A stretch of 64,000 nucleotides of DNA from Candidatus Uhrbacteria bacterium (GTDB taxonomy: Bacteria > Patescibacteriota > Patescibacteriia > UBA9934). Each line of letters begins with the position of its first letter. The first letter of the stretch is position 1. Location of the stretch: positions 4,713 through 68,712 of the forward strand of contig CAINGB010000025.1 in NCBI GenBank assembly GCA_903848275.1. Reading direction: 5' to 3'. The position numbers were made by a program, and so were the translations under genes. Positions 54,632 through 63,283 of this stretch are shown in pieces. Below the pieces are notes generated by a model. That model saw nothing but the letters and a program-made list of their open reading frames with translations, had not been told where the DNA came from and made no database searches.

Positions 54632-55264
54632 TTACGAGGCAAAGGTTTCCGTCATCGCGGCCAAACCGGCAGCAGAAACGATCAGGAAACGATACTTGAC
54701 GATGTCGCGGACGTTGAGACTACCAGCGCGGATAATTTCCGTACCTTCGATATTCTTAGCGGCGCGGGCCATCATTTCTTCACCTGGGGCCAACACGAGC
54801 AAGGCTGACTGCTTAGCACCCGGCAAGGCCTGGCGCATAGCGGCGACCAACTTGGTCTTGGCGGCTGGCAAGGTGAAATCCTTGACGGCGATCAGGGCAC
54901 TGTCTTGAACCTTGTCGGTCAAAACCATGCAAAGGGCCAAACGCTTGGTGCTCTTGTTAACTTTGAGGGTGTAGACGCGATCCTTGATTGGTCCAAAGGT
55001 GACACCACCACCCGACCAGATTGGTGAACGGGAGGAACCGTGACGAGCACGACCGGTGCCCTTCTGACGCCATGGCTTCTTACCACCACCGCGCACTTCG
55101 CTGCGGTCTTTGGTGTGGGCGAGGACCTGACGGCTGTTAGCATCTTGGGCGACAATCACAGAGTGAATGACGCTCTTTTTTGGTTTGACGGCAAAGAGTG
55201 CGTCGGACAGGGTAAGCTGACCGGCTGACGAGCCATCGAGATTATAGAGGTTTACTTCTGCCAT
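54632..55264 (-). CDS. rplD: 50S ribosomal protein uL4
   Basis: KPWRQKGTGRARHGS.RSP.W.GGG. Confidence 0.97.
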   Translation of the reverse strand: MAEVNLYNLDGSSAGQLTLSDALFAVKPKKSVIHSVIVAQDANSRQVLAHTKDRSEVRGGGKKPWRQKGTGRARHGSSRSPIWSGGGVTFGPIKDRVYTLKVNKSTKRLALCMVLTDKVQDSALIAVKDFTLPAAKTKLVAAMRQALPGAKQSALLVLAPGEEMMARAAKNIEGTEIIRAGSLNVRDIVKYRFLIVSAAGLAAMTETFAS

Positions 55265-55875
55265 ACATTTCCTTCAGTGGCGAATATCGTGATAGCACTG
55301 TTACGTGCTCCAGGAATGGCACCTTTGATAGCGATAATGTTCTTTTCCAGGTCGATCGACACAACTTCGAGGTTCTTGACTGTGACCCGATTGCCACCCA
55401 TGCGGCCGGCCATGCGCATTCCTTTGAACACGCGCTGGATGCCACCGGCTCCAATGGAACCAGACTTACGCAATTGGTCTTTGTGACCGTGCGTGGATGG
55501 GTGACCGCGGAAGCCGTGACGCTTGACCACACCTTGGAAACCACGACCCTTGGCCGTACCCACGATGTTGACCATGTCGCCCAGGGCGAACACGTTAGCG
55601 TCTAGCTTAGCTCCACGTTCGACCGTTTCACCCTCAGCGAGAGGAAACTCTTGCGTCTCACGGAAGTTGCCAAGATCTCCGAACTGTCCTTGTTGTGCCT
55701 TGTTGAGGAGGTGACGAGTGCCAAACCCGAGGACCATCGTGGTTTTGCCGTTAGGCGAAACGCGCGTGGCGACCACGGTGCAAGGACCGGCTTCCACCAA
55801 GGTGACTGGGATAACGTTGCCGTTGTCCGCAAACACCTGTGACATGGCGATTTTTTTACCGAGAAGTACCTTCAT
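55252..55875 (-). CDS. rplC: 50S ribosomal protein uL3
   Basis: GKKIAMSQ, KGRGFQGVVKRHGF, MAGRMG. Confidence 0.97.
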   Translation of the reverse strand: MKVLLGKKIAMSQVFADNGNVIPVTLVEAGPCTVVATRVSPNGKTTMVLGFGTRHLLNKAQQGQFGDLGNFRETQEFPLAEGETVERGAKLDANVFALGDMVNIVGTAKGRGFQGVVKRHGFRGHPSTHGHKDQLRKSGSIGAGGIQRVFKGMRMAGRMGGNRVTVKNLEVVSIDLEKNIIAIKGAIPGARNSAITIFATEGNVWQK

Positions 55876-55914
55876 AAAGTGAGTCAACCGTTGGAGCACA
55901 GAGGCCTGATAACG

Positions 55915-55953
55915 AAAAAGCGTGAAGTTGCATTAAAATGCAGCTTCCGCCTT
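55915..55953 (-). terminator. Terminator-like hairpin in the rpsJ-rplC spacer
   Basis: aaggcggaagctgcatt-tt-aatgcaacttcacgc-ttttt on minus strand. Confidence 0.5.
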
Positions 55954-56152
55954 CAGCAGTTACCCTTCCTAAAATTGCTGTCGGTCTTTGATTAATCTGA
56001 GTTGTAAAACTTCTAGAACACTCTCGCGAAGCTGCGGTAAGGTTTTCTCACGGTGAGATCTTTCTTTCCGGTTCACTATTGAGTGGGATGTCCGAGTCTC
56101 CGTGCTATGCTCGATTGATCGAGGATATGACGGAGACTCGGACGGGGTAAAA

Positions 56153-56497
56153 TTACATTTTGATTTCGATGTCGACGCCGGCTGGCAAGTTGAGTGACAT
56201 GAGGGCGTCGATGGTGCGCTCTGTTGGACCGACGATGTCGATGATGCGCTTGTGGATGCGCATTTCGTACTGGTCGCGTGAAGTCTTGTCGATGAAGGTT
56301 GAGCGGTTCACCGTGTAGCGACGTCGTTCCGTCGGCAATGGTACTGGACCAATGACCGTGGCACCAGAACGGATGGCCGTTTTGATGATGGTGTCCGTGG
56401 CGGTGTCGATGATCTTGTGATCATAGGCCTTGATACGGATACGGATGCGCTGCTTAGGAGCTTCAGCTTCAGTAGTTGTTTTTTTGGTGTCAGTCAT
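56153..56497 (-). CDS. rpsJ: 30S ribosomal protein uS10
   Basis: [26 protein letters not shown]. Confidence 0.97.
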   Translation of the reverse strand: MTDTKKTTTEAEAPKQRIRIRIKAYDHKIIDTATDTIIKTAIRSGATVIGPVPLPTERRRYTVNRSTFIDKTSRDQYEMRIHKRIIDIVGPTERTIDALMSLNLPAGVDIEIKM

Positions 56498-56525
56498 AGG
56501 AGCAAAGAAAGAACAAGGTAACTAA

Positions 56526-57716
56526 TTACTCAATGATTTTGACAACCACACCAGCGCCGACGGTACGGCCACCTTCGCGGATAGCGAAGCGCATCTTGTC
56601 TTCCAAGGCAACTGGGTTGATGAGAGTTACGGTACAAGTGACGGTGTCACCTGGCATAACCATTTCGGTACCTTCTGGGAGGGTGATTTCACCAGTTACG
56701 TCCGTAGTACGGATGTAGAACTGTGGCTTGTAGCCCTTGAAGAATGGCTTGTGACGACCACCTTCTTCCTTGGTCAAAGCGATGATTTCAGCTTCGAACT
56801 TGGTGTGTGGCTTGACCGAACCTGGTTTGGCCAAAACCTGACCACGCTGCACGTCCTCCTTCTTAATACCACGGATCAAGATACCAGCATTGTCGCCAGC
56901 CATACCGGAGTCCAAGGACTTGTTAAACATTTCGATACCAGTAACGGTGGTCTTGGCGGTGTCGGTGATACCAACGATTTCTACTTCGTCACCAACCTTG
57001 ATCTGACCGCGCTCGATACGACCGGTAACAACCGTACCACGACCTTCGATAGAGAAGACGTCTTCGATTGGCATCAAGAAAGTCTTGTCGAGGTCACGAA
57101 CTGGTTCCGGAACGTAGGCATCCAAGGCATCCAAAAGGTCGCGGATTGGCTTGCTGGCAACTTCGTCAGAAGGAGCGGCCAAGGCCTTAGAGGAAGAACC
57201 GCGGATAACTGGGACGGTGTCGCCTGGGAAATCGTACTTCTTCAAAAGGTCGCGAACTTCCTGCTCGACCAAATCAATAAGTTCTGGGTCGTCAACCATG
57301 TCAACCTTGTTCAAGTAGACAACGATAGTTGGCACACCAACCTGCTTGGCCAAAAGAATGTGCTCGCGGGTCTGTGGCATTGGACCGTCAGCAGCAGAAA
57401 CAACGAGAATAGCGGCGTCCATCTGGGCAGCACCGGTGATCATGTTCTTCACATAGTCAGCGTGGCCTGGACAGTCGACGTGAGCGTAGTGACGCTTGGC
57501 AGTCTCGTATTCACAGTGGGCGGTAGAAATAGTGATACCGCGGGCCTTGGATTCAGGAGACTTGTCCAAACCATCCATGCCCTTAGTGGAGGCAGAGTTA
57601 CCCATGGCAGCTGCCACCGCAAGGATGGCCGCCGTGGTGGTGGTCTTTCCGTGGTCGACGTGACCAATGGTACCAACGTTAACGTGCGGTTTGGCTCGGG
57701 AGAACTGTTCTGCCAT
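56526..57716 (-). CDS. tuf: Elongation factor Tu
   Basis: [34 protein letters not shown]. Confidence 0.99.
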   Translation of the reverse strand: MAEQFSRAKPHVNVGTIGHVDHGKTTTTAAILAVAAAMGNSASTKGMDGLDKSPESKARGITISTAHCEYETAKRHYAHVDCPGHADYVKNMITGAAQMDAAILVVSAADGPMPQTREHILLAKQVGVPTIVVYLNKVDMVDDPELIDLVEQEVRDLLKKYDFPGDTVPVIRGSSSKALAAPSDEVASKPIRDLLDALDAYVPEPVRDLDKTFLMPIEDVFSIEGRGTVVTGRIERGQIKVGDEVEIVGITDTAKTTVTGIEMFNKSLDSGMAGDNAGILIRGIKKEDVQRGQVLAKPGSVKPHTKFEAEIIALTKEEGGRHKPFFKGYKPQFYIRTTDVTGEITLPEGTEMVMPGDTVTCTVTLINPVALEDKMRFAIREGGRTVGAGVVVKIIE

Positions 57717-57785
57717 AAAAGGATGGGCGGTCGAGAGACCTTAAATGTGAGGGATTAAAGGATTTCTTGTAAAGTGCGTGGCAGG

Positions 57786-57814
57786 AGTATAGCAAAAGTC
57801 CTTTATTTGTGCAA
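57786..57814 (-). promoter_or_regulatory. sigma70 promoter for tuf and the S10 cluster
   Basis: TTGCAC-N17-TATACT. Confidence 0.7.
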
Positions 57815-57840
57815 GGGCTTAGCTGTGTTCAGACTGACCC

Positions 57841-58383
57841 CTAAAGTGGTTCGAGGTAGAACTGCTCTTCCCCGCCGTTATTTTTTGCTTGGGAAAGCGG
57901 TTGACGGGGTGTTTCGGGCGGTCGTGGTGAGGCCGGAACTGGGGTATTTACAGACTGGCGTGGCTCGGTTCGAGGCTCAGCCTGAGGAATGGGACGGGGC
58001 TCGAGGCGTGGTTCGGGCTCGTAACGAGGGCTCGGGGCGGGTTCGATGATTTCGAGGACGGGTTCGGTAGGTGCGGCCAGAAAGACTGGGTCGATCTCGA
58101 TTTCCCCTATCTCCTCCTCCCCTTCCGCCTCAAACTCGGGCTCGACCCGCTCGGCTGTCTCGGCCTGGTGGCCGTGTGGGTGGCTATGTCCGGCGTGGTC
58201 GTGCTCAGCCTCCAGCTGTTCTATCTCCTCGTCGTCCGGCCCTAGGAAGCCATTGACCAAGGCCTCGTACTGCTCAAACGGCAGAATAACCAGTGGTTCC
58301 CCACCGTGCTCGTTGGTCACAATCAGTCTGTCCCCTGTCCGCCTAGCAAACCGCAAGAGCTTCTGGAATTGATCATTAGCCAT
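57841..58383 (-). CDS. Hypothetical protein: small N-terminal domain, acidic/Pro-rich linker, EEQFYLEPL tail
   Basis: MANDQFQKLLRFARRTGDRLIV..PLVILPFEQYEAL. Confidence 0.75.
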   Translation of the reverse strand: MANDQFQKLLRFARRTGDRLIVTNEHGGEPLVILPFEQYEALVNGFLGPDDEEIEQLEAEHDHAGHSHPHGHQAETAERVEPEFEAEGEEEIGEIEIDPVFLAAPTEPVLEIIEPAPSPRYEPEPRLEPRPIPQAEPRTEPRQSVNTPVPASPRPPETPRQPLSQAKNNGGEEQFYLEPL

Positions 58384-58453
58384 ATAGGGCCATCTTAGTA
58401 CTTGGGCCCGGAATGTCAAAACCGAGGCACTGAGCCCCGGTTCGGATGTTGAC

Positions 58454-59263
58454 CTAGCCTCTTGTTTCATTTGCTTTTTCTGCTGCGACTTTCTTTTCAG
58501 CTTCTTCTTGGAGCCACTCAGTTATTTGTTCTATCTCTCTTAAAGCGTTTAGTGCTTCTTCGATTTGCTCATTAAGGAAATCCCTTTCGCGTTTCAGTGC
58601 TCCCAGCCTCTTCTCAGAGGTAGATACGGTATCGGCGACTTGAGCCTTAAATGAATTAGGATCGGTATTTTCCAGCCAAAATTTATGCACAGCAGCTAGA
58701 TTTTTTTCTGCATCTATTATTTTATTGCCTATTTCTTTTGTTAAGAAAGTCGCATTCGTTTGCAAATCCTCCCAATACTTTTGCTTGTTTGCCATTTCTT
58801 TTAATGTAAGGGTGCTGTTTATTTTTTCAATCTCACCATGCATGTCGCGGTAAAAGTCATTAGGGTTGTCATGATACACATCCCTCTCTCCAGCTTTTTC
58901 TCGTTTTTCCGCTTCTTCCCTGCGTCCCTCAATGTAGGCAGCGGTCTCTATAGCATTCGTCATTTGATCTCGTAAACCCGACATTATTGGCCCATCAATA
59001 TTGCGCATGCCTTCGAGCGCTGTAACAGCTCTTTCTACTGCTTCAATTTGCCCGAGAGCACCCTTAAAACCCTCAATTGCTTTCTTTCCTTTTAATGAAT
59101 CAATAACGTTCTCGAGTTTTTTGTAATTGTCGCTTGTACTATACCTATCATGAGGCAATGTTTTAGCGAAGCGCTCGGCTGGGGAAGAAACCTTATCCGC
59201 CTCTTTGGGGACATTAATAAACTCCTTCAATCCGTCCGGTCGCGTTCTTTCTTCAACACCCAT
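58454..59263 (-). CDS. AT-rich coiled-coil hypothetical protein
   Basis: 269-aa ORF, E/K-rich and helical. Confidence 0.75.
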   Translation of the reverse strand: MGVEERTRPDGLKEFINVPKEADKVSSPAERFAKTLPHDRYSTSDNYKKLENVIDSLKGKKAIEGFKGALGQIEAVERAVTALEGMRNIDGPIMSGLRDQMTNAIETAAYIEGRREEAEKREKAGERDVYHDNPNDFYRDMHGEIEKINSTLTLKEMANKQKYWEDLQTNATFLTKEIGNKIIDAEKNLAAVHKFWLENTDPNSFKAQVADTVSTSEKRLGALKRERDFLNEQIEEALNALREIEQITEWLQEEAEKKVAAEKANETRG

Positions 59264-59344
59264 AAAATAACAAAAATAATCTTACCTGGCGTAATTTTCC
59301 CATAGAGTGCCTCCCACCTGCAAATGAGTGTGGGGATAACACGA

Positions 59345-59821
59345 TTATGTAGAGGTAGTCCTAACCCCCTCGGCGATGTGGAGAATGTGGGATTTGGGGA
59401 CGAGATAAGTTGGGTAATGCTGGCCGTCGACGAGGGCGACTTTTTGTTTGGCGAGGTGTTCTGTTTCGGCGTCGACGAGGAATTTAAGGCCGAAGAGGTT
59501 GATGCTGGCTTTGACTTGGACGTTGTGCGACCAAGAACCGATGAACTCCCAGTTATGAATAGCGCAGCGTTGAGCGTTGGTTAAAAGCCATAGAGTGCCG
59601 GTGACTTGGCTAGCTGGTTGTTTGACAATGCCATAGGAGACAAAGCTGTCGCCCCAAGCGCGACGGAGGGGACGTTGGGCTTTTTTGGGAATATCGTTCA
59701 GCTGTTGCACGCATAAGTGCCAGCCGTCGAGAGAAGCTGGTAGGTGTAGAGCGGAACGACCAGTAATAGCCTTGATCATAGCCGCGTCGCGATTGGCGCC
59801 AAAGCCGAAGTAAAGTTTCAT
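59345..59821 (-). CDS. Gamma-glutamylcyclotransferase (AIG2-like) fold protein
   Basis: LYFGFGAN, ASLDGWHL, VTGTLWLLT..WE. Confidence 0.65.
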   Translation of the reverse strand: MKLYFGFGANRDAAMIKAITGRSALHLPASLDGWHLCVQQLNDIPKKAQRPLRRAWGDSFVSYGIVKQPASQVTGTLWLLTNAQRCAIHNWEFIGSWSHNVQVKASINLFGLKFLVDAETEHLAKQKVALVDGQHYPTYLVPKSHILHIAEGVRTTST

Positions 59822-59930
59822 ACAGAAGTATTGTCCCCTGCCAGAAAAAGTAAAGCAACTGGCCGTGGGGATAAAATCGAATCTGTGCTAGACTGAAAGT
59901 AGCAGTAATTCATTATTAATTAACAGCCCT

Positions 59931-60704
59931 ATGGAAAAGCGCAATAATTGGGCAGTAGTTGGAGGAGTTGTGGTAATAGCAGCGGTGATTGTCGCGATCG
60001 TGCTATTGACGAGAACACCATTAGAACCAGATGGCAAAGGTGACCAGCCGACGAACGTGGTTGACGACACTACAACTGGCGGAGTTGTGAAGGATGATCA
60101 GAAGCCCGTGGTTACAGGAACGGTCTACGAAAACTCGAAGTTCAGTATTGCTATACCAAAAGGTTGGACGGCTAGTGAGGCGATAATCAATATCGACAGT
60201 AAATCAGACGGTGCGACCACGGAATTGAACCCAGCGGCGGTAAATATTACCAATGGCAAATGGATTCTCTACGTCAACGTCGACGCCAACCAGGCTAGCG
60301 GTGTGCCCGGTGGACGATTCGCGGAAATTGGCATGGGTGCGCCGAGTGTGGATGCTGTAGTATTAGTCGAACCAGGCGAATGCGGACGCTCGACTGGCCC
60401 TGAAGGCACGCCAGCGTTTGCGAATTATAGCCGGATTGATGATTTCATTTCAGTAGCTGATGCCACGACTGGCTGTGCCACGCCAACTGACGGGCAGGAT
60501 CACTGGTTCTTCTCGTATTTGACGAGTCCGGGTAATGGCTTCTTTAACGACTACGTACTCGGACAAAACCCAGGCTTAGTGGTAACGATGGCTTATAACG
60601 AAAAGGTGGTGAATAAACTCCCAATTTGGAACAGCGACTCGCTAACTAAAGCACTGAATGACATGACGAGTATCGCGAGTACGTTGAAGATTAAGAATCG
60701 CTAG
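59931..60704 (+). CDS. Membrane-anchored exported protein
   Basis: N-terminal TM, linker, YENSKFSIAIPKGW (PsbP-like start). Confidence 0.75.
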   Translation: MEKRNNWAVVGGVVVIAAVIVAIVLLTRTPLEPDGKGDQPTNVVDDTTTGGVVKDDQKPVVTGTVYENSKFSIAIPKGWTASEAIINIDSKSDGATTELNPAAVNITNGKWILYVNVDANQASGVPGGRFAEIGMGAPSVDAVVLVEPGECGRSTGPEGTPAFANYSRIDDFISVADATTGCATPTDGQDHWFFSYLTSPGNGFFNDYVLGQNPGLVVTMAYNEKVVNKLPIWNSDSLTKALNDMTSIASTLKIKNR

Positions 60705-60723
60705 GAGCTTTCGTAAAAAATAA

Positions 60724-60790
60724 CTCCCGGAGGGCTTGCCACGTCAGTCGCGACTGACGTGGCTTGCACGCCTCCGGGAGATGTTTTTTT
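60724..60790. terminator. Bidirectional terminator-like hairpin containing a nested 26-bp perfect palindrome
   Basis: ctcccggagg..cctccgggag with flanking A/T tracts; gccacgtcagtcg|cgactgacgtggc at 60738-60763. Confidence 0.65.
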
Positions 60791-60792
60791 AT

Positions 60793-61221
60793 TTAAGCGG
60801 CGATGGATCGTTCGGCGGCGGCGAGGGCTTTAGCCTGTTGGTCTGGTGTGCGGTGTTGGGCAGCGAAGGTGTCGGAAGCAATGACGTCTGAGGCGGCGTC
60901 GTTCTGCTTGCTGGCCATGCGGATAGCCGAGAGGATGAGGTCGAGTTCTGGGAGTTGGAGTTGATTGGCGAACTTTTTAACGCGGGCGATGGCTTGCGAC
61001 ATGTCGTGCAGTGAAGAGCTGTCCAAGTGTCGGCCGTCGGCAAAGGCGGCGAAGATTGGTTGTAAACTCTGAAGCTCGGCGCTGGCTGACTCGTTGGTGG
61101 TTTGTTCGATGATATTAGGAATGATGTTGGTGGCAATATTGCTGGCGTGTTCGGCGATGGTGCGCAAACGTTCGTGACGGGCAGGGTCGGGCTGTTCTGG
61201 CTGTTCGGATGAATGCATCAT
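60793..61221 (-). CDS. Helical hypothetical protein
   Basis: ~142-aa ORF, co-oriented with neighbours. Confidence 0.65.
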   Translation of the reverse strand: MMHSSEQPEQPDPARHERLRTIAEHASNIATNIIPNIIEQTTNESASAELQSLQPIFAAFADGRHLDSSSLHDMSQAIARVKKFANQLQLPELDLILSAIRMASKQNDAASDVIASDTFAAQHRTPDQQAKALAAAERSIAA

Positions 61222-61238
61222 ATGGATAGAGTTTAGCA

Positions 61239-61562
61239 CTAAACTACGATGTCGTTAATTGCTTCGAGTCGACGAGGATAACTGGCCGAAGGAGAGGCAT
61301 CGACAAGACTTAACGAAAATATATCTACGTCTTGGCCACCCTCGGTAAGTGTGGCGACTGTATTTGTAATAGTGAGGCTGGTGTGAGCCAGGTCATCACA
61401 TGTCCAATGGATACAGTTTTTGTTGGCGTCGACGTCTTCTTCCACAACTGTTTGCCGCAGGACCTTGTTCAAGCCGTTAATTTTAATAATGCAGCCGGCG
61501 CGAAGTGAACGAAATTTCTCCCAATCGGCGGCAGTAATGGGTAGGATAGAAATAGTAGACAT
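61239..61562 (-). CDS. Hypothetical protein
   Basis: 107-aa ORF; FRSLRAGCII resembles FFNLRIGDII in the adjacent ORF. Confidence 0.6.
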   Translation of the reverse strand: MSTISILPITAADWEKFRSLRAGCIIKINGLNKVLRQTVVEEDVDANKNCIHWTCDDLAHTSLTITNTVATLTEGGQDVDIFSLSLVDASPSASYPRRLEAINDIVV

Positions 61563-61564
61563 AC

Positions 61565-61855
61565 CTATTTAGTAAAGGCGAACGAAGTGATATCGGCAAA
61601 TTTACCACTGCCTTGGCGTGAGCTATCACTGAACTCTTTTTTCTTCAGCTCTCCGTTACGGAGAAGTAAAAGGTAATTTCTATACCCTACGTCCATGTAG
61701 CGATATGGAAGTAGAAAATTCTCGGCTGGTTCGTCGACGATCAGTAGGCTGGTAATAATTTCTGGTGCGCTATCAACCAAAATTATGTCGCCAATGCGGA
61801 GGTTGAAGAATTTGATTTGTGAGAGTTCGCTTAAGGGGAAAGGTTTACTAATCAT
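61565..61855 (-). CDS. Hypothetical protein
   Basis: 96-aa ORF, 2-bp spacing to the next gene. Confidence 0.6.
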   Translation of the reverse strand: MISKPFPLSELSQIKFFNLRIGDIILVDSAPEIITSLLIVDEPAENFLLPYRYMDVGYRNYLLLLRNGELKKKEFSDSSRQGSGKFADITSFAFTK

Positions 61856-61952
61856 AAAAAAATTACTATTAATACCATGCTATCACGTCGGTGCAAACGA
61901 AAACACCACCCACGACGTGCGAGCGGTGTTGTTCTGTTAGCTGACCAATCAA

Positions 61953-63149
61953 TTAAGATGCGTACTCTTTGATACCTGGCTTTCCCGCCAGCTCATCAAG
62001 CGCGTACCCCATTTCGCAGGCAACGCTCCCCCAGTCTGCTAGTTGCTTGAATTCGATATTTGGGAATAGTTCATGCACCATCGTTTCGAATTTTTCACTA
62101 GCGCCACCGGATGTTGAGGTATGATCTTTCAACCATTGTTCAACCAACTCTTTATTGTGCTGCATGCCAATCGATAGTTCAAGAGCCTCGGTATCATAAT
62201 CTTTAGAGTCAGTTTCTTCTCGATCATAAGGGCTCCTTACCATTCTCTTTAATCTCTCTGCATGCCGTACTGCTCTCGGTTCAACCCATGCTCGCCATTC
62301 CGTTACACCTTGCCAAAATTGAGTAAGCGTTTGCTCATTGTCTTCTAATAATTTCGCGATTTCAGGAAAATCTTTAGCGGTGAGCTCCATAACTTTCATG
62401 AACGGTTGCAGTATTCGCCAGGCGCGTCGGATAAAATCTTTTCTTGGCGAGCCCGATTGTTGCCACTCCTCAAAAATGTTGCTCACGAAGTCCGAAGCCA
62501 TTTTTTCGACTTCTTCATTAGTGAGAATGCCTCGTTCTACAAAAAGACTTTGGACATCTTTAACCCTGGTTGCATCGACAAAACCTAGACTCATCTTGAA
62601 AGAATCGAGCATGGATCTCTCGGCAATATGTTTCAGTTCAGGATGTTGTGACAAAACCTCGATCATGAACGGACTGGTGGGGCTAAGACCCGAAAATGCT
62701 AATTCCCTTGCATTAGAAGTATTTTTTTCTATCCAGCTAGATACGAAGCCGCCTGCCTCTTCAGCAAGTTCAACAGCAAGAATAGTACTAACATTCGTCG
62801 CGTCCAATAACGAATTGATAACTTTATCTCCGGATTGTAAAGCTTTAATTATTCGGGTTTTTACCGCCTCATAAACTTCTGGATCATTTTTCATGAGTCT
62901 GTCGATCATGATGCAATAAATGTACGGCATTTCAGAAGCCTGGTTGACGGCCTGAAGGACAACTCTTTTAGCTGCCGCAAAAACTTCTGGATCCTGCAGA
63001 ACTCCGAGACTGCCGTCGGCTGCAGGCCACATGTCTCTCGAAATAGTCTCATTATCCTCCGAGGATATAGCAGCAATGAGTCTTTGTCGCTTTTGCTCGG
63101 GATTTTGTTCGAGCTTGAATCCTGGCTCACCTTTAGAAATTTCAGCCAT
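61953..63149 (-). CDS. AT-rich acidic helical hypothetical protein
   Basis: 398-aa ORF with no recognisable motif. Confidence 0.75.
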   Translation of the reverse strand: MAEISKGEPGFKLEQNPEQKRQRLIAAISSEDNETISRDMWPAADGSLGVLQDPEVFAAAKRVVLQAVNQASEMPYIYCIMIDRLMKNDPEVYEAVKTRIIKALQSGDKVINSLLDATNVSTILAVELAEEAGGFVSSWIEKNTSNARELAFSGLSPTSPFMIEVLSQHPELKHIAERSMLDSFKMSLGFVDATRVKDVQSLFVERGILTNEEVEKMASDFVSNIFEEWQQSGSPRKDFIRRAWRILQPFMKVMELTAKDFPEIAKLLEDNEQTLTQFWQGVTEWRAWVEPRAVRHAERLKRMVRSPYDREETDSKDYDTEALELSIGMQHNKELVEQWLKDHTSTSGGASEKFETMVHELFPNIEFKQLADWGSVACEMGYALDELAGKPGIKEYAS

Positions 63150-63236
63150 ACTAATTAAAATAATTATAACTCACACAAGTTTCTCATAAAGTCACCCCCC
63201 CCCCGCAAATGAACGTGGGGATAAGATTATCTGCAA

Positions 63237-63283
63237 AAACAAAACGCCCCGGACGCTTGCACGTGTCCAGGGCGTATTTGTTT
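63237..63283 (-). terminator. Terminator after fusA
   Basis: cgccc-cggac..gtcc-agggcg hairpin with flanking A/T tracts. Confidence 0.6.

Noticed and set aside
56751-57758. 335-aa plus-strand ORF and similar long antisense ORFs (e.g. 42089-42946, 51844-52578, 3429-4139)
   Set aside because: Shadows of well-supported genes on the opposite strand, caused by codon bias; no motifs
57841-63149. Prophage or integrative element between tuf and fusA
   Set aside because: No integrase, transposase, phage structural genes or att-like repeats recognised
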